Source: Candidatus Enterousia sp. (GTDB lineage Bacteria > Pseudomonadota > Alphaproteobacteria > Rs-D84). From it: a stretch of DNA of 64,000 nucleotides. The position numbers were made by a program, and so were the translations under genes. This document shows, in pieces, positions 39,010-49,007 of the stretch (position 1 is the first letter of the stretch; every line of letters begins with the position of its first letter). Under the pieces are notes generated by a model. That model saw only the letters and a list, made by a program, of their open reading frames with translations. It ran no database searches and was not told the origin of the DNA. The stretch covers positions 36,155 to 100,154 of the forward strand of contig JAZLBV010000014.1 in NCBI GenBank assembly GCA_045613925.1, in the 5' to 3' direction.

Positions 39010-40743
39010 TTACATAGGCATTTTAACTGAATCAACCATATACGCAATAAAATCAGACAAAGACTTCACATCTTGACCTTCTTTGCCCAAATGGCGCAAC
39101 GTAACAGTTTTATCGTTCATTTCTTTTTCACCAACCACAGCAATAATTGGTGTTTTTGCCAAAGATAAATCACGCACTTTGTAATTAACCTTTTCATCAC
39201 GCAAATCAGCACGCGCAATCACACCGGCATCACGTAATTGTTCCACCACATCATTCGCGTAATCTTTGTACTTTTCAGATACTGGCACAACAACCACTGG
39301 TTCTGGTGATAACCACAAAGGCAATGCCCCACCTGTTGATTCTAACAACACACCCATAAAGCGCTCTATAGAACCTAACATAGCACGATGCAACATAACT
39401 GGACGATGCTTTTCACCATCTTCACCGATATAGGACAAATCAAAACGTTCTGGTAAATTCATATCCAATTGCACAGTTCCACACTGCCACACACGCCCCA
39501 TAGAATCACGCAGATAATTATCTATCTTTGGTCCATAAAACGCAGCGTCATTTTCTGCAATTTCATATTCAATTCCATTTTTATCTAATGCGTTTTTAAG
39601 CGCCCCTTCGGCCTTATCCCAAACCTCGTCAGAACCGATACGGAATTCAGACAATGGACGCGTTGCCAATTTCATAGTAATTTTTTCAAAACCAAATTTA
39701 CCATAAATATCTTTGATAAAGCGCAAAATTTTTACGACTTCGCTTTCCAATTGGTCTTCCGTGCAGAATATATGCGCATCGTCTTGGGTAAATTCACGAA
39801 CACGCATCAAACCAGCCAAAGCGCCTGCTGCTTCATAACGATTAACCTTGCCAAATTCGGCCAAATACAACGGCAAATCTTTATAAGATTTTAAACCCTG
39901 ACCAAAAACCAACATTCCACCAGGGCAAGACATAGGTTTTACACAAAAAACTTTACCATCTTGTGTTGTTCCAGAATAATTGTGTGCACCGTATTTTGCC
40001 CAGTGTCCAGATTTTTCCCACAAACATCTATCCATCACAGATGGCGTAGAAATTTCCTGATAACCTGCCCTTTCTTGGCGCATACGAATATATTCAATCA
40101 ACTTACGATAAATTTTAAAACCTTTATCGTGCCAAAACACTGCACCCGGCGCATATTCAGGTTCAAAATGGAACAAATCCATATCTTTACCAAGTTTACG
40201 ATTATCGCGTTGTGCAGCTTCTTCTTGTTGTTTCAAGAACTCAGCCAATTTTTCACCGTCTTCAAACGCATCAACATAAATACGTTGCAACATTTTGTTT
40301 TTGCTGTCGCCTTTCCAGTATGCACCTGCAACGTTTCTGATTTTAAAACCGTCCCTTGGCAAATCTTTAGATGATTCAACATGTGGCCCACGGCACAAAT
40401 CTGTAAAATCACGGAAAGTGTAAATTGACAACACTTCACCATTTGCATCATATTCATTTAACCATTCCATTTTATATGGTTGATTTTTGAATATTTCTTT
40501 GGCTTCATCTAACGAGATTTCGCGTCTTTCAAAACGGCCATCAGATTTAATCAAAGATTTCATTTCTTTTTCAATTGCTGCGAAATCTTCTTCGCTGAAT
40601 CTATGTTCAGTATCAAAATCATAATAAAAACCATTTTCAATCGCCGGACCACCTGCGAATTTTACATCAGGATATAATTTTTGTACCGCTGCCGCCATTA
40701 CGTGTGCCAACGAATGACGAATTAATTCTATTGGATAAGACAT
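39010..40743 (-). CDS. thrS: Threonine--tRNA ligase (lacks the N-terminal TGS domain)
   Basis: RHSLAH, DLCRGPHV, KPMSCP, RVREFTQDDAH, AFYGPK. Confidence 0.97.
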   Translation of the reverse strand: MSYPIELIRHSLAHVMAAAVQKLYPDVKFAGGPAIENGFYYDFDTEHRFSEEDFAAIEKEMKSLIKSDGRFERREISLDEAKEIFKNQPYKMEWLNEYDANGEVLSIYTFRDFTDLCRGPHVESSKDLPRDGFKIRNVAGAYWKGDSKNKMLQRIYVDAFEDGEKLAEFLKQQEEAAQRDNRKLGKDMDLFHFEPEYAPGAVFWHDKGFKIYRKLIEYIRMRQERAGYQEISTPSVMDRCLWEKSGHWAKYGAHNYSGTTQDGKVFCVKPMSCPGGMLVFGQGLKSYKDLPLYLAEFGKVNRYEAAGALAGLMRVREFTQDDAHIFCTEDQLESEVVKILRFIKDIYGKFGFEKITMKLATRPLSEFRIGSDEVWDKAEGALKNALDKNGIEYEIAENDAAFYGPKIDNYLRDSMGRVWQCGTVQLDMNLPERFDLSYIGEDGEKHRPVMLHRAMLGSIERFMGVLLESTGGALPLWLSPEPVVVVPVSEKYKDYANDVVEQLRDAGVIARADLRDEKVNYKVRDLSLAKTPIIAVVGEKEMNDKTVTLRHLGKEGQDVKSLSDFIAYMVDSVKMPM

Positions 40744-40834
40744 AATAAACTACCTTTACTTTATTATTTCATTTTAATTTTTTAATTGTTTGCTTGATTA
40801 TAATACGCACGATATTTTTGTGCAAATGAAAAAC

Positions 40835-40894
40835 CTATACCCCCAAAGGGGTTGTAGTCAAAGTTGTATTCAAAATAAATAATCTATATAACAT
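40835..40894 (-). CDS. Thr-rich leader (attenuator) peptide of thrS
   Basis: MLYRLFILNTTLTTTPLGV*, 5 Thr in 6 codons; overlaps ACCCC-UUUG-GGGGU hairpin followed by U tract. Confidence 0.75.
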   Translation of the reverse strand: MLYRLFILNTTLTTTPLGV

Positions 40895-40901
40895 AGCCAC
40901 T

Positions 40902-40930
40902 ATAATATTACCAAAAAACACAAAAGTCAA
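40902..40930 (-). promoter_or_regulatory. sigma70 promoter for the thrS leader
   Basis: TTGACT-17 nt-TATTAT, 7 nt before the leader ATG. Confidence 0.65.
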
Positions 40931-40966
40931 AAAAAATCCGTCGAAATCAAACAACGACGGATTTTT
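40929..40966 (-). terminator. Terminator after the TPR gene
   Basis: AAAAATCCGTCG/CGACGGATTTTT hairpin. Confidence 0.7.
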
Positions 40967-40975
40967 ATATTTTAA

Positions 40976-41947
40976 CTACTGCAATTCATTAATCAGATTT
41001 TGAATTCTGTTAATACTGTCTTCATCATTTATTGCCACAGCAATTGCAAACGCAGACTCCAAATCACTTTTAGCAGCATCCAAATTATCCAACTTTAAAT
41101 TCAAAGCCGCAGACTTTTCAAAATACCCCATTGCACTGCTAGACTGCGCTTCGCGTTCTTCCTGACTTGGCAGCCCCTGAATTTGTTCAGAGATAACCCG
41201 CACAGCAGACGTATAATCATTTATTGCATCCGCATATTGACCAACTGCAGTATACGCTTCGGCACGTTCCGCATACACAGATGCAGAAACACTGCCTTCT
41301 GCACGCGCCAAAGAATTTGTATAATCCGCAATCGCGCCTTCCCAATTTTTTAACCACAAATTCAATTGACCACGTTTTGCATACAAATCGCGCATAGACA
41401 AAACATCCGCCGGCTTCATAGATTGTGCAGCCAACGCATTATTTATATCAGCCAAAGCCGCTTCATAATTCTCAAGACGTGTATTTAACAAAGAACGATC
41501 ATAGAAAGCAACCGCATTCATACCATCAGCTTCTATTGCAGAGTTAAAATCTTCCAACGCCTTTTGATAATTTCCAATATGCATATTTGCTTCACCACGC
41601 AAAGCATAAAGATTCGAACTGGCATTAGAATCAATCGCAGCATCCAAATCAACAAGAGCTGCCTCAATATCCCCAGAAATTAATTTTTCACGCGCCGCAT
41701 CAATATAATCACTGGGAGCACTCAACATTTCTTCACTGATAACAACACGACGTGCGGATGGGTGTAAAAATTCGTGGCTGCGTCCCAAAATATAAAACGT
41801 CGCAGCAATAAAAAACAAAATTATAAACCAATATACATATATAGACCACGACCACACAGACATAGAATTGCATACCGGTTCTTTTTCAACAACCTTTGTT
41901 GCAACCGCTGAATTACGTGTTTTTCTGGTGTTTTTGGACTTTTTCAT
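40976..41947 (-). CDS. Membrane-anchored tetratricopeptide repeat protein
   Basis: TM helix followed by TPR repeats (YALRGEA, AIADYT, YAERAEAY). Confidence 0.85.
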   Translation of the reverse strand: MKKSKNTRKTRNSAVATKVVEKEPVCNSMSVWSWSIYVYWFIILFFIAATFYILGRSHEFLHPSARRVVISEEMLSAPSDYIDAAREKLISGDIEAALVDLDAAIDSNASSNLYALRGEANMHIGNYQKALEDFNSAIEADGMNAVAFYDRSLLNTRLENYEAALADINNALAAQSMKPADVLSMRDLYAKRGQLNLWLKNWEGAIADYTNSLARAEGSVSASVYAERAEAYTAVGQYADAINDYTSAVRVISEQIQGLPSQEEREAQSSSAMGYFEKSAALNLKLDNLDAAKSDLESAFAIAVAINDEDSINRIQNLINELQ

Positions 41948-41966
41948 AAGTTCACTCCCTTCCCTG

Positions 41967-42677
41967 TTATTTTGATGTTAGCAAATTTTTTAAAACCAGG
42001 TCAATTGTTTTCTTATCTAATTCAACAATTTTTCCAACACTTAAATTTTTTAACTCTATGCCACCATAAGAAATTCGATGCAACGCAACAACTGGCGAAC
42101 CAATATGTTTCAAAGTAATACGAATTTCATTCTTCTTACCTTCAATAACAGTAATACGCAAATGTTTTTCATCCATAACATCTATTGTCATAGGTCGATA
42201 TTTTATACCATCAACAACAACGCCGCGCCGTAAAATATTTAATCCAGATTCACTATATTTATTCACAGTCGCAATATATGTTCGTGGAATATGATTTTCG
42301 GGCAAAGACATTTTACGCGCAAAATCACCATTATTAGTCAACAATAACAAACCAGTAGTTTTAAAATCCAACCGACCAATATATTTCAAATTTCTATATT
42401 TTTTATCTAACACATCATATATAGTTTTTCTATGTTGTGGATCATAAGTGGTGGTCATAGTATCTACAGGCTTATTAAACATATATAATTTGATTTCATT
42501 TTCTTTCTTAATCTGCTTTCCACGCACGCATACTGTATCATCTTCTTCAACAAAAAACACAGGCGTATCAACAACCACGCCATTAACAGACACTACACCT
42601 GATTCAATAAGTGCCTCAGCACCACGGCGCGATGCCACACCTGAATCTGCCAAAAATTTAGACAATCGAACACTCAT
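41967..42677 (-). CDS. rRNA pseudouridine synthase (RsuA/RluB family)
   Basis: S4 domain RLSKFLADSGVASRR, GRLD, GLLLLTN, EGKKNEIR. Confidence 0.92.
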   Translation of the reverse strand: MSVRLSKFLADSGVASRRGAEALIESGVVSVNGVVVDTPVFFVEEDDTVCVRGKQIKKENEIKLYMFNKPVDTMTTTYDPQHRKTIYDVLDKKYRNLKYIGRLDFKTTGLLLLTNNGDFARKMSLPENHIPRTYIATVNKYSESGLNILRRGVVVDGIKYRPMTIDVMDEKHLRITVIEGKKNEIRITLKHIGSPVVALHRISYGGIELKNLSVGKIVELDKKTIDLVLKNLLTSK

Positions 42678-43333
42678 TGATTTAATACTTTTGTAATTGC
42701 CACAACTGCGGCCACTTCGGCACGTAAAACCGTTTTCCCAAGCGAAATTCCGCATACCCCTGCCGCATCCATTTTTTCAAATTCAGATTCAGAAAAACCA
42801 CCCTCTGGACCAATTAAAATTTTATTTTCATATTTTTTACTATTTTTAATACACTTGCCGTGTGCAGCACGTTCATCAGCCACAATCAAACCAGACAAAT
42901 CCAAATCATCAAATTTAATTGGTGGCAACAACTTTGGAACACTATTTCTGTTTGATTGTTCAGATGCCTCTATGATTATTTTTTGCATACGTTCCCAATT
43001 AATATGATGTGCAACTGTACGCTGGGTAATAACAGGTTGTAATACCCCTACGCCCATTTGTGTTGCCATATTTAATAATTCATCTATCTTTTTAATCGGC
43101 GCAAAACAAAGCACTACATTATTTGCAGTATCAATATGATTTGTTTTTTCATTAATTATTATACTTTTGTCATCACTGGACAAAGTTGCAACATATTCAT
43201 CACCATTGTTAAAGACCAAACAATCCCCCCGTCGCATAACACGTCGCAAATAATGAACAACATCTTTAGCTATCGGAAAACTTTTTCCAACACCCAAATC
43301 ATAGTCTAAAAAGATTCTTGGTATATTTTGCAT
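42674..43333 (-). CDS. rsmE: 16S rRNA m3U1498 methyltransferase RsmE
   Basis: EASEQS, IGPEGGF, LGKTVLRAE. Confidence 0.93.
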   Translation of the reverse strand: MQNIPRIFLDYDLGVGKSFPIAKDVVHYLRRVMRRGDCLVFNNGDEYVATLSSDDKSIIINEKTNHIDTANNVVLCFAPIKKIDELLNMATQMGVGVLQPVITQRTVAHHINWERMQKIIIEASEQSNRNSVPKLLPPIKFDDLDLSGLIVADERAAHGKCIKNSKKYENKILIGPEGGFSESEFEKMDAAGVCGISLGKTVLRAEVAAVVAITKVLNQ

Positions 43334-43386
43334 TTTTTTAATCTTTCAAGTATAAAAAACATTCTTTTTGTGATATAATAACAACT

Positions 43387-45648
43387 ATGGCAATGAAATT
43401 CAATATTTTCTCTGGCTCTGATACCGGCAAAGGTTTAAAAATCTTTGAATCCAGCGCATACAAAGAACACGAACGCATCCCAATGGCGCGAAAATTCTGG
43501 GAAATCCGCTGGAACGTGATTATTTGGCTATTATCAGCATTGGCATTTGGACTTTCGTTTGCCATTGAACACATATGGCGGTATGGCTGGGGTCCGGCCA
43601 GTGAACAATGGGTTAGCATATATATTAAAAATATGATTATGACGGGTGGTTTATCTGTGGTGGCTGAAGTTCCTTTTTGGTTATCCCGCACATTACAACA
43701 CCCTGATTACGCATCAATTACACCATTATTACCTGTAATCGCATATTATTTCTTGTCTGATTCGGATTTCAAATCAGAATTCAACCCGTATAGCAAGGAC
43801 AGATTTGATGAAAAAACTTCGCGCAAAGCAACCGAAGACGACATCAAAAAGATGGGAACGAACTTCAAAAACAAAGAAGGATTATTCAATGGATTTATGA
43901 TGGTGTTGGGTTATTTCAAACTAAAAGGCAAATCCACACCTCTTATGTTTGACGAATCTTTGTCTGCATTGTGTTTGGCACCTCCGGGAACCGGTAAATC
44001 TGCGGGGGTCGTGTTGCCAACTATTTGGGATTGTAATGACGTTTCGATGATTATAAACGACCCAAAACCAGAATTGAAACAAATAACATCTGGATATCGT
44101 TCCACGGTTGGACCAGTATTTATTATGAATTGGGCGGGCCAGGATGAACCAGAACGTGGTATATATTATCCATCGTGGAATCCATTATCCCCAGATCACG
44201 TTCCATATAATCCCGAACAGCGCGATTTGTATATTGATGCAATATGCAAAGTTTTGGTCCAAGATAGTGTCCAAGATCCCCACTGGGCAAACACCGCCCG
44301 CGCAGGATTGGCCGGTCTTATCAATTTTATGGTGTCTAAGGTGGAACGTGCCAAAGCTGACGATTATTTCTATGCACGTATAAACAACGGTTCTTTTAAC
44401 AGCGACGACGCATCAATATTAGGCGATTATTATTTGTCTATGATGAGTGATCCTAACGCATACGCAGCATATTCGCTTTTACAACGTGGTGAATTAAACA
44501 CAATGAATTATGTCCACGTTGGAACCTGGACAAACATCCCAGATGCGTGGCACGGCAAAGAAGCATCTCTTTCTATGATTCTTGATTGGATTACCGCAAG
44601 CCAGGTTAACATTGCAGAACAAATGGAAGAACGTCGGCGCCAGGGCGATCAAATGACTATGATGGCAGACCCAATGAAAGATTTACTATTGAATGCCGTT
44701 GAAGAAGCACGCCGTTTTGCATACGCACATCGTTCTGTTGCAGAATTAACCCAACTTGCAAATACCCCTGAAAAAGAACGTGGTTCCATATTATCAACTA
44801 TGCTCGAAGGATTGGCTATATTCCGCAATTCTGCGGTCCGTAACCGCACCAGCCATTCTGATTTTCACTTTGCAGACCTGCGCGGCTTAAAAGACCCACG
44901 TGACGGCAAAGTCAAACCAGTCAGCGTCTATTTATCTGTGAACCTGGTTGATGCCCAGGCTGTTAATCCTATCACAGCTATATTTATTGAATTGATGTCC
45001 AGCTATTTGTTGGCTCACACTCCGGATAGCCTTATTGATGGCCAGCGTGTCGGCCCATATCCGGTATTGTTCGTATTGGACGAAATGCCAAAAATGCAAA
45101 AATTGGATGCAGTTATCCAAGGACCAGACCTTGGTCGTGGATGCAAAGTATCTTATTTAATTGTTGGTCAAGACATCCACCAGATTCAGGAAAAATATGG
45201 TGCGGATGCTGCTGCTACTATTATATCAACCACTGCTGCAAAAATTGTTTTACGCCAAAACGATCCAGAAACCGCAAAAAGATTTTCTGAAATGATTGGT
45301 ATGAAAAAGACCAAGAAAGTTGAAAAAGACAAAGACGGCAAAGAAGTCGAAACACCAAAAGAAGAACCGCTTTATTCCGAAATGGATATTATGAAACTAG
45401 GCGAAGGAAAACAACTTGTCATTTATCAGGGTTGGTATCATCGTCCAATAGAAGCAGACCAAGAACGTTGGTTCCTTAATAAAACACCAATCCAGAAAAA
45501 ATTGTATGAAAAAGCCATGATGGGTGAATCTGCGCCATTACCAGAATTTTTAATTCCATCTCATCACGCTATTATGGGATACGAAGGTGTTCCGAAAATT
45601 TACAATCCTCAAACCAAAGAAATAAAAATATTGGAACCTTTGCATTAA
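43387..45648 (+). CDS. Type IV secretion coupling protein, VirD4/TraG family
   Basis: N-terminal TMs, Walker A APPGTGKS, INDPKPE, WNPL, FVLDEM, Q-DIHQIQEKYG. Confidence 0.88.
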   Translation: MAMKFNIFSGSDTGKGLKIFESSAYKEHERIPMARKFWEIRWNVIIWLLSALAFGLSFAIEHIWRYGWGPASEQWVSIYIKNMIMTGGLSVVAEVPFWLSRTLQHPDYASITPLLPVIAYYFLSDSDFKSEFNPYSKDRFDEKTSRKATEDDIKKMGTNFKNKEGLFNGFMMVLGYFKLKGKSTPLMFDESLSALCLAPPGTGKSAGVVLPTIWDCNDVSMIINDPKPELKQITSGYRSTVGPVFIMNWAGQDEPERGIYYPSWNPLSPDHVPYNPEQRDLYIDAICKVLVQDSVQDPHWANTARAGLAGLINFMVSKVERAKADDYFYARINNGSFNSDDASILGDYYLSMMSDPNAYAAYSLLQRGELNTMNYVHVGTWTNIPDAWHGKEASLSMILDWITASQVNIAEQMEERRRQGDQMTMMADPMKDLLLNAVEEARRFAYAHRSVAELTQLANTPEKERGSILSTMLEGLAIFRNSAVRNRTSHSDFHFADLRGLKDPRDGKVKPVSVYLSVNLVDAQAVNPITAIFIELMSSYLLAHTPDSLIDGQRVGPYPVLFVLDEMPKMQKLDAVIQGPDLGRGCKVSYLIVGQDIHQIQEKYGADAAATIISTTAAKIVLRQNDPETAKRFSEMIGMKKTKKVEKDKDGKEVETPKEEPLYSEMDIMKLGEGKQLVIYQGWYHRPIEADQERWFLNKTPIQKKLYEKAMMGESAPLPEFLIPSHHAIMGYEGVPKIYNPQTKEIKILEPLH

Positions 45649-45650
45649 TT

Positions 45651-46883
45651 ATGCGAAAAATAATTTACCTTTGTTTGTTGTTTTTATGTGGATGTGCATC
45701 AACTATGCAATCAAAGCTTGATGATATCCAACATAATTTTTCAAATGCACAATACACATCAAACATACCAGACACAGATTTTTCATCACAAAACAACCTT
45801 GATTTACTAATCACTGCAACTGCCCTATTTCACGAAAACAAATTCAAAGAATCAGACGGCGCCTTTGAAGAATTTAACAAGCGAAACATCAATGAAACTT
45901 CGTCATCTATTACGCGTGAAACCACAGGTTTACTTTTAGGTGGTGGCGTAAATTCATATAAACCATATATGATGGATTCTCTGTTTGTATCGTATTACCA
46001 GATTTGGGATTTGCTGGCATTACACGATTGGTCAAACGCCCGCGTAGTTATTAATCAATCGTATGAACGTCAAAAAAATATGTCAATTGAATATAAAAAA
46101 TTAATCGAAGAAAATAAAAATAAAATTTATGAAAATTCTGAGATATCAGAAACTATAAATAAAAACAAATCTGATTGGGCGGCTTTTTCGGACATTATGA
46201 ATCCTGCATTGATGTATCTGTCCGGCATATATTTTCTTAACGACGGCGATTTTGCAAATGCAGAAATTTATTTGAAACGCGCAAACGGTATGATGCCTGA
46301 GAATAAATTTATTAAAACAGACCTGGCCGCTGCCGAACAACATATAAAACCCAAAAATACGACCTGGATATTCATTGAATCGGGTTTTGCACCACGTCTA
46401 CGCGAAGAAAACGCCGGCATATTTTTACCGCATATTGGTATGATATATTTTTCATTTTCTGAACCATACTTTAACCCTGCGCCGCACCAACCAACAGGTT
46501 CAGAATTATTGGCAAACATAGATAAAATGTTTCTAACCGAATATAACGAATACAGACCAAATGAAATTTTGCGTTCATATACATCAGCTGTATCAAAAGC
46601 AACACTTCAAGCGACAATGTATAATTCAGCATCAGATTCTGCACCGCTTATGGGGATTTTATCAACTATATATACAGTATCATCATCAAACACAGACGTT
46701 CGCACCTGGGCAACATTACCAAAATACATATATGTACAAAGAATAGATAACAGCAAAACAAACTTGAACGAAATAAATGTTGATGATAGTATTAAACAAG
46801 AAATTAAATCTGGTGGAAACAATTTAATATACATACGTGAACACGACCACCCAACTGACATAAAGATAATAAACTTGAAATAA
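45651..46883 (+). CDS. Lipoprotein (COG3014-like)
   Basis: Lipobox LCGC; ARVVIN, NPALMYLSGI, DVRTWATLP; upstream of lpoB. Confidence 0.7.
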   Translation: MRKIIYLCLLFLCGCASTMQSKLDDIQHNFSNAQYTSNIPDTDFSSQNNLDLLITATALFHENKFKESDGAFEEFNKRNINETSSSITRETTGLLLGGGVNSYKPYMMDSLFVSYYQIWDLLALHDWSNARVVINQSYERQKNMSIEYKKLIEENKNKIYENSEISETINKNKSDWAAFSDIMNPALMYLSGIYFLNDGDFANAEIYLKRANGMMPENKFIKTDLAAAEQHIKPKNTTWIFIESGFAPRLREENAGIFLPHIGMIYFSFSEPYFNPAPHQPTGSELLANIDKMFLTEYNEYRPNEILRSYTSAVSKATLQATMYNSASDSAPLMGILSTIYTVSSSNTDVRTWATLPKYIYVQRIDNSKTNLNEINVDDSIKQEIKSGGNNLIYIREHDHPTDIKIINLK

Positions 46884-46906
46884 AAGAACCAAAGGAGAAA
46901 AACCGT

Positions 46907-47515
46907 ATGAAAAAGATTATACCATTAACAATCTGTGTTGCACTGTGCGCCTGTGCAGAAACCCAAGTTATTGATTTAAATAATGACAAAGAAGTTTCCA
47001 CAATGCAAAACGTTATGGAATTGGAATATCGTGATTGGACAAACGCCGCAGAAAAGATGACTAAATCAATGATAAATAGTGGCGTATTAAATAAAACCCA
47101 AAAACCAGTTATCGCAATCGCAGACATAAAAAATGATACAGCCCAACGTTTTGATACTGATATACTAATCAAAAAAATCCGCACAACATTGGTAAATTCG
47201 GGAAAGGCTCAAATTGCGACAAATTACAGTGGCGAAGATTCAACATCAAATAACGTTCGTGCAAATTTACGTAATGATTCTGAATACGACCAAAAAACAA
47301 TCGCAGAACGTGGAACATTAATTGCACCAAATATGTCTTTATCCGGAAAAATGTTGCAAAGAAATTTAAAGTTGGAATCTGGTTGGTTTTCATCAGTTGA
47401 TACCCGTGTAGAATATTATTTGCAATTAACACTGACAGATTTGAAAACCGGGTTATCTGTCTGGGAAGACGAAGAACCGATTATAAAGCAAGGCGACCAC
47501 GCCCCAACCTGGTAA
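46907..47515 (+). CDS. lpoB: Penicillin-binding protein activator LpoB-like lipoprotein
   Basis: Lipobox LCAC; IKNDT, YYLQLTLTDLKTGLSVWED. Confidence 0.8.
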   Translation: MKKIIPLTICVALCACAETQVIDLNNDKEVSTMQNVMELEYRDWTNAAEKMTKSMINSGVLNKTQKPVIAIADIKNDTAQRFDTDILIKKIRTTLVNSGKAQIATNYSGEDSTSNNVRANLRNDSEYDQKTIAERGTLIAPNMSLSGKMLQRNLKLESGWFSSVDTRVEYYLQLTLTDLKTGLSVWEDEEPIIKQGDHAPTW

Positions 47516-47524
47516 TCAAAACAT

Positions 47525-47557
47525 AAAAAACGACCGGCATTCGCCGGTGTTTTTTTA
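47525..47557. terminator. Terminator between convergent genes
   Basis: ACCGGC/GCCGGT hairpin with A and T tracts. Confidence 0.7.
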
Positions 47558-48289
47558 TTTTAAAACTTCCCCATTTTTTGGATTTATCCGATTACGACCA
47601 ACAATTATAACGTTATCTTTATATACTGGTTTAACTTGTTTATCTATTTCCGTTGTCCAATAAACGTACCCATCATCAAGATTTATTGCGTATAAAACAT
47701 TATCAGTTCCAACAACAAAAGCAAAATCATCAACAATCGTAAAATCCACAGGCACAGATATATTTACACACCAAACCTTATCACCATTTGATTTATTCAA
47801 TTTGCAAAATGCATCACCCAAACCACCTGCATAAACAAATTTTCTATCAACACCTACCCGCGCAACAATATCAACCACAGACGCTCCGCCTGTCAAATTA
47901 GACGCACGAAACACATCTGCGACCCAAACAACGGTCTTGGTTTTTGGATTCACCTTTATCACTTCGCCGGTGGAAAGACCTGTATAAATAAATCCACCTT
48001 CGCAAATTGGTTTCTGATCGCTTTTGACCGAATTATCCATCGCAAAGCCGGAAAATATCTTTTCATTTTCAAACCAAATTACATTGGATGAATCCTGCCG
48101 ATATTCACAGTCTTTGTCGCCATATACATTTTTTTCACCAACCAACGTTTTCTGGATTTCTATATTTTGAACTTTGACATCAACGCTGTCAAAAATATCA
48201 TGCCGCACCCCCGGCAACACAGGATCATGCTTAGAACACCCAGAAACCACCAGCACACAACACAATAAAAATAACAATGATTTTTTCAA
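47555..48289 (-). CDS. PQQ-repeat beta-propeller lipoprotein (short BamB-like)
   Basis: Lipobox VSGC, LPGVR motif, repeated G..W propeller motifs; follows a yfgM-like gene. Confidence 0.7.
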   Translation of the reverse strand: MKKSLLFLLCCVLVVSGCSKHDPVLPGVRHDIFDSVDVKVQNIEIQKTLVGEKNVYGDKDCEYRQDSSNVIWFENEKIFSGFAMDNSVKSDQKPICEGGFIYTGLSTGEVIKVNPKTKTVVWVADVFRASNLTGGASVVDIVARVGVDRKFVYAGGLGDAFCKLNKSNGDKVWCVNISVPVDFTIVDDFAFVVGTDNVLYAINLDDGYVYWTTEIDKQVKPVYKDNVIIVGRNRINPKNGEVLK

Positions 48290-48299
48290 AAAAGCATCC

Positions 48300-48953
48300 T
48301 TATTTTAACATTTGCGCGTGTGCCAACACACTACTTGGCGCATCAGAATCTTTGATAATTACATCTAAAATCTTATCTGCAACATCCTTATCACCAGCCG
48401 ACAAATATTTTTCAGCAACCATCAACCGCGCAGTATAATAAAACGGAGATTTTTTAGTATTCATATCTGATAAATACTTTTCAAATTCTGTTGCATCCAT
48501 TTTATCACCATTAATAGTTGCCAAGTGCAATTTAGCCAAATCTTTGAAATCACGTGTATGACCATTTTGTGCCAAATCTTCCAATTTTTTAATATCATTA
48601 TCAATTAAATAGGATTGAAAAAGTGCCAAATCTGCCATCGCACCATTTGAATTTCTGGATAAATTCGCTAATGCCACAGCATCAGTATTGTTCAGCGCGC
48701 TTTCATACACCGTCGCCATAGCCATTTTTGCAGCATAACGTCTTTGTTTCACAAATTGAATACCACAAACAACTATCATAATCGCAACAGTCGCACCAAC
48801 AATATACCGCCAATATTTTTTCAGAAATTGTGTAGTTTTTTCATTATTTACATCTTCCCATACTTCGCGATACAGAGCATCTTCAGCATATTCTGCACGT
48901 GTTTTCTTAACCGGTTGCTTCAGATTTTTATTTCTTTCTAAGATACTTGTCAT
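48300..48953 (-). CDS. YfgM/DUF2659-like TPR membrane protein
   Basis: REVWEDV...KKYW + TM helix; position upstream of the bamB-like gene. Confidence 0.7.
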   Translation of the reverse strand: MTSILERNKNLKQPVKKTRAEYAEDALYREVWEDVNNEKTTQFLKKYWRYIVGATVAIMIVVCGIQFVKQRRYAAKMAMATVYESALNNTDAVALANLSRNSNGAMADLALFQSYLIDNDIKKLEDLAQNGHTRDFKDLAKLHLATINGDKMDATEFEKYLSDMNTKKSPFYYTARLMVAEKYLSAGDKDVADKILDVIIKDSDAPSSVLAHAQMLK

Positions 48954-49007
48954 AATAAACTTCTCCTGTCTTGATAATTTCTATTTTATTGCTATACTAT
49001 AAAAGTT

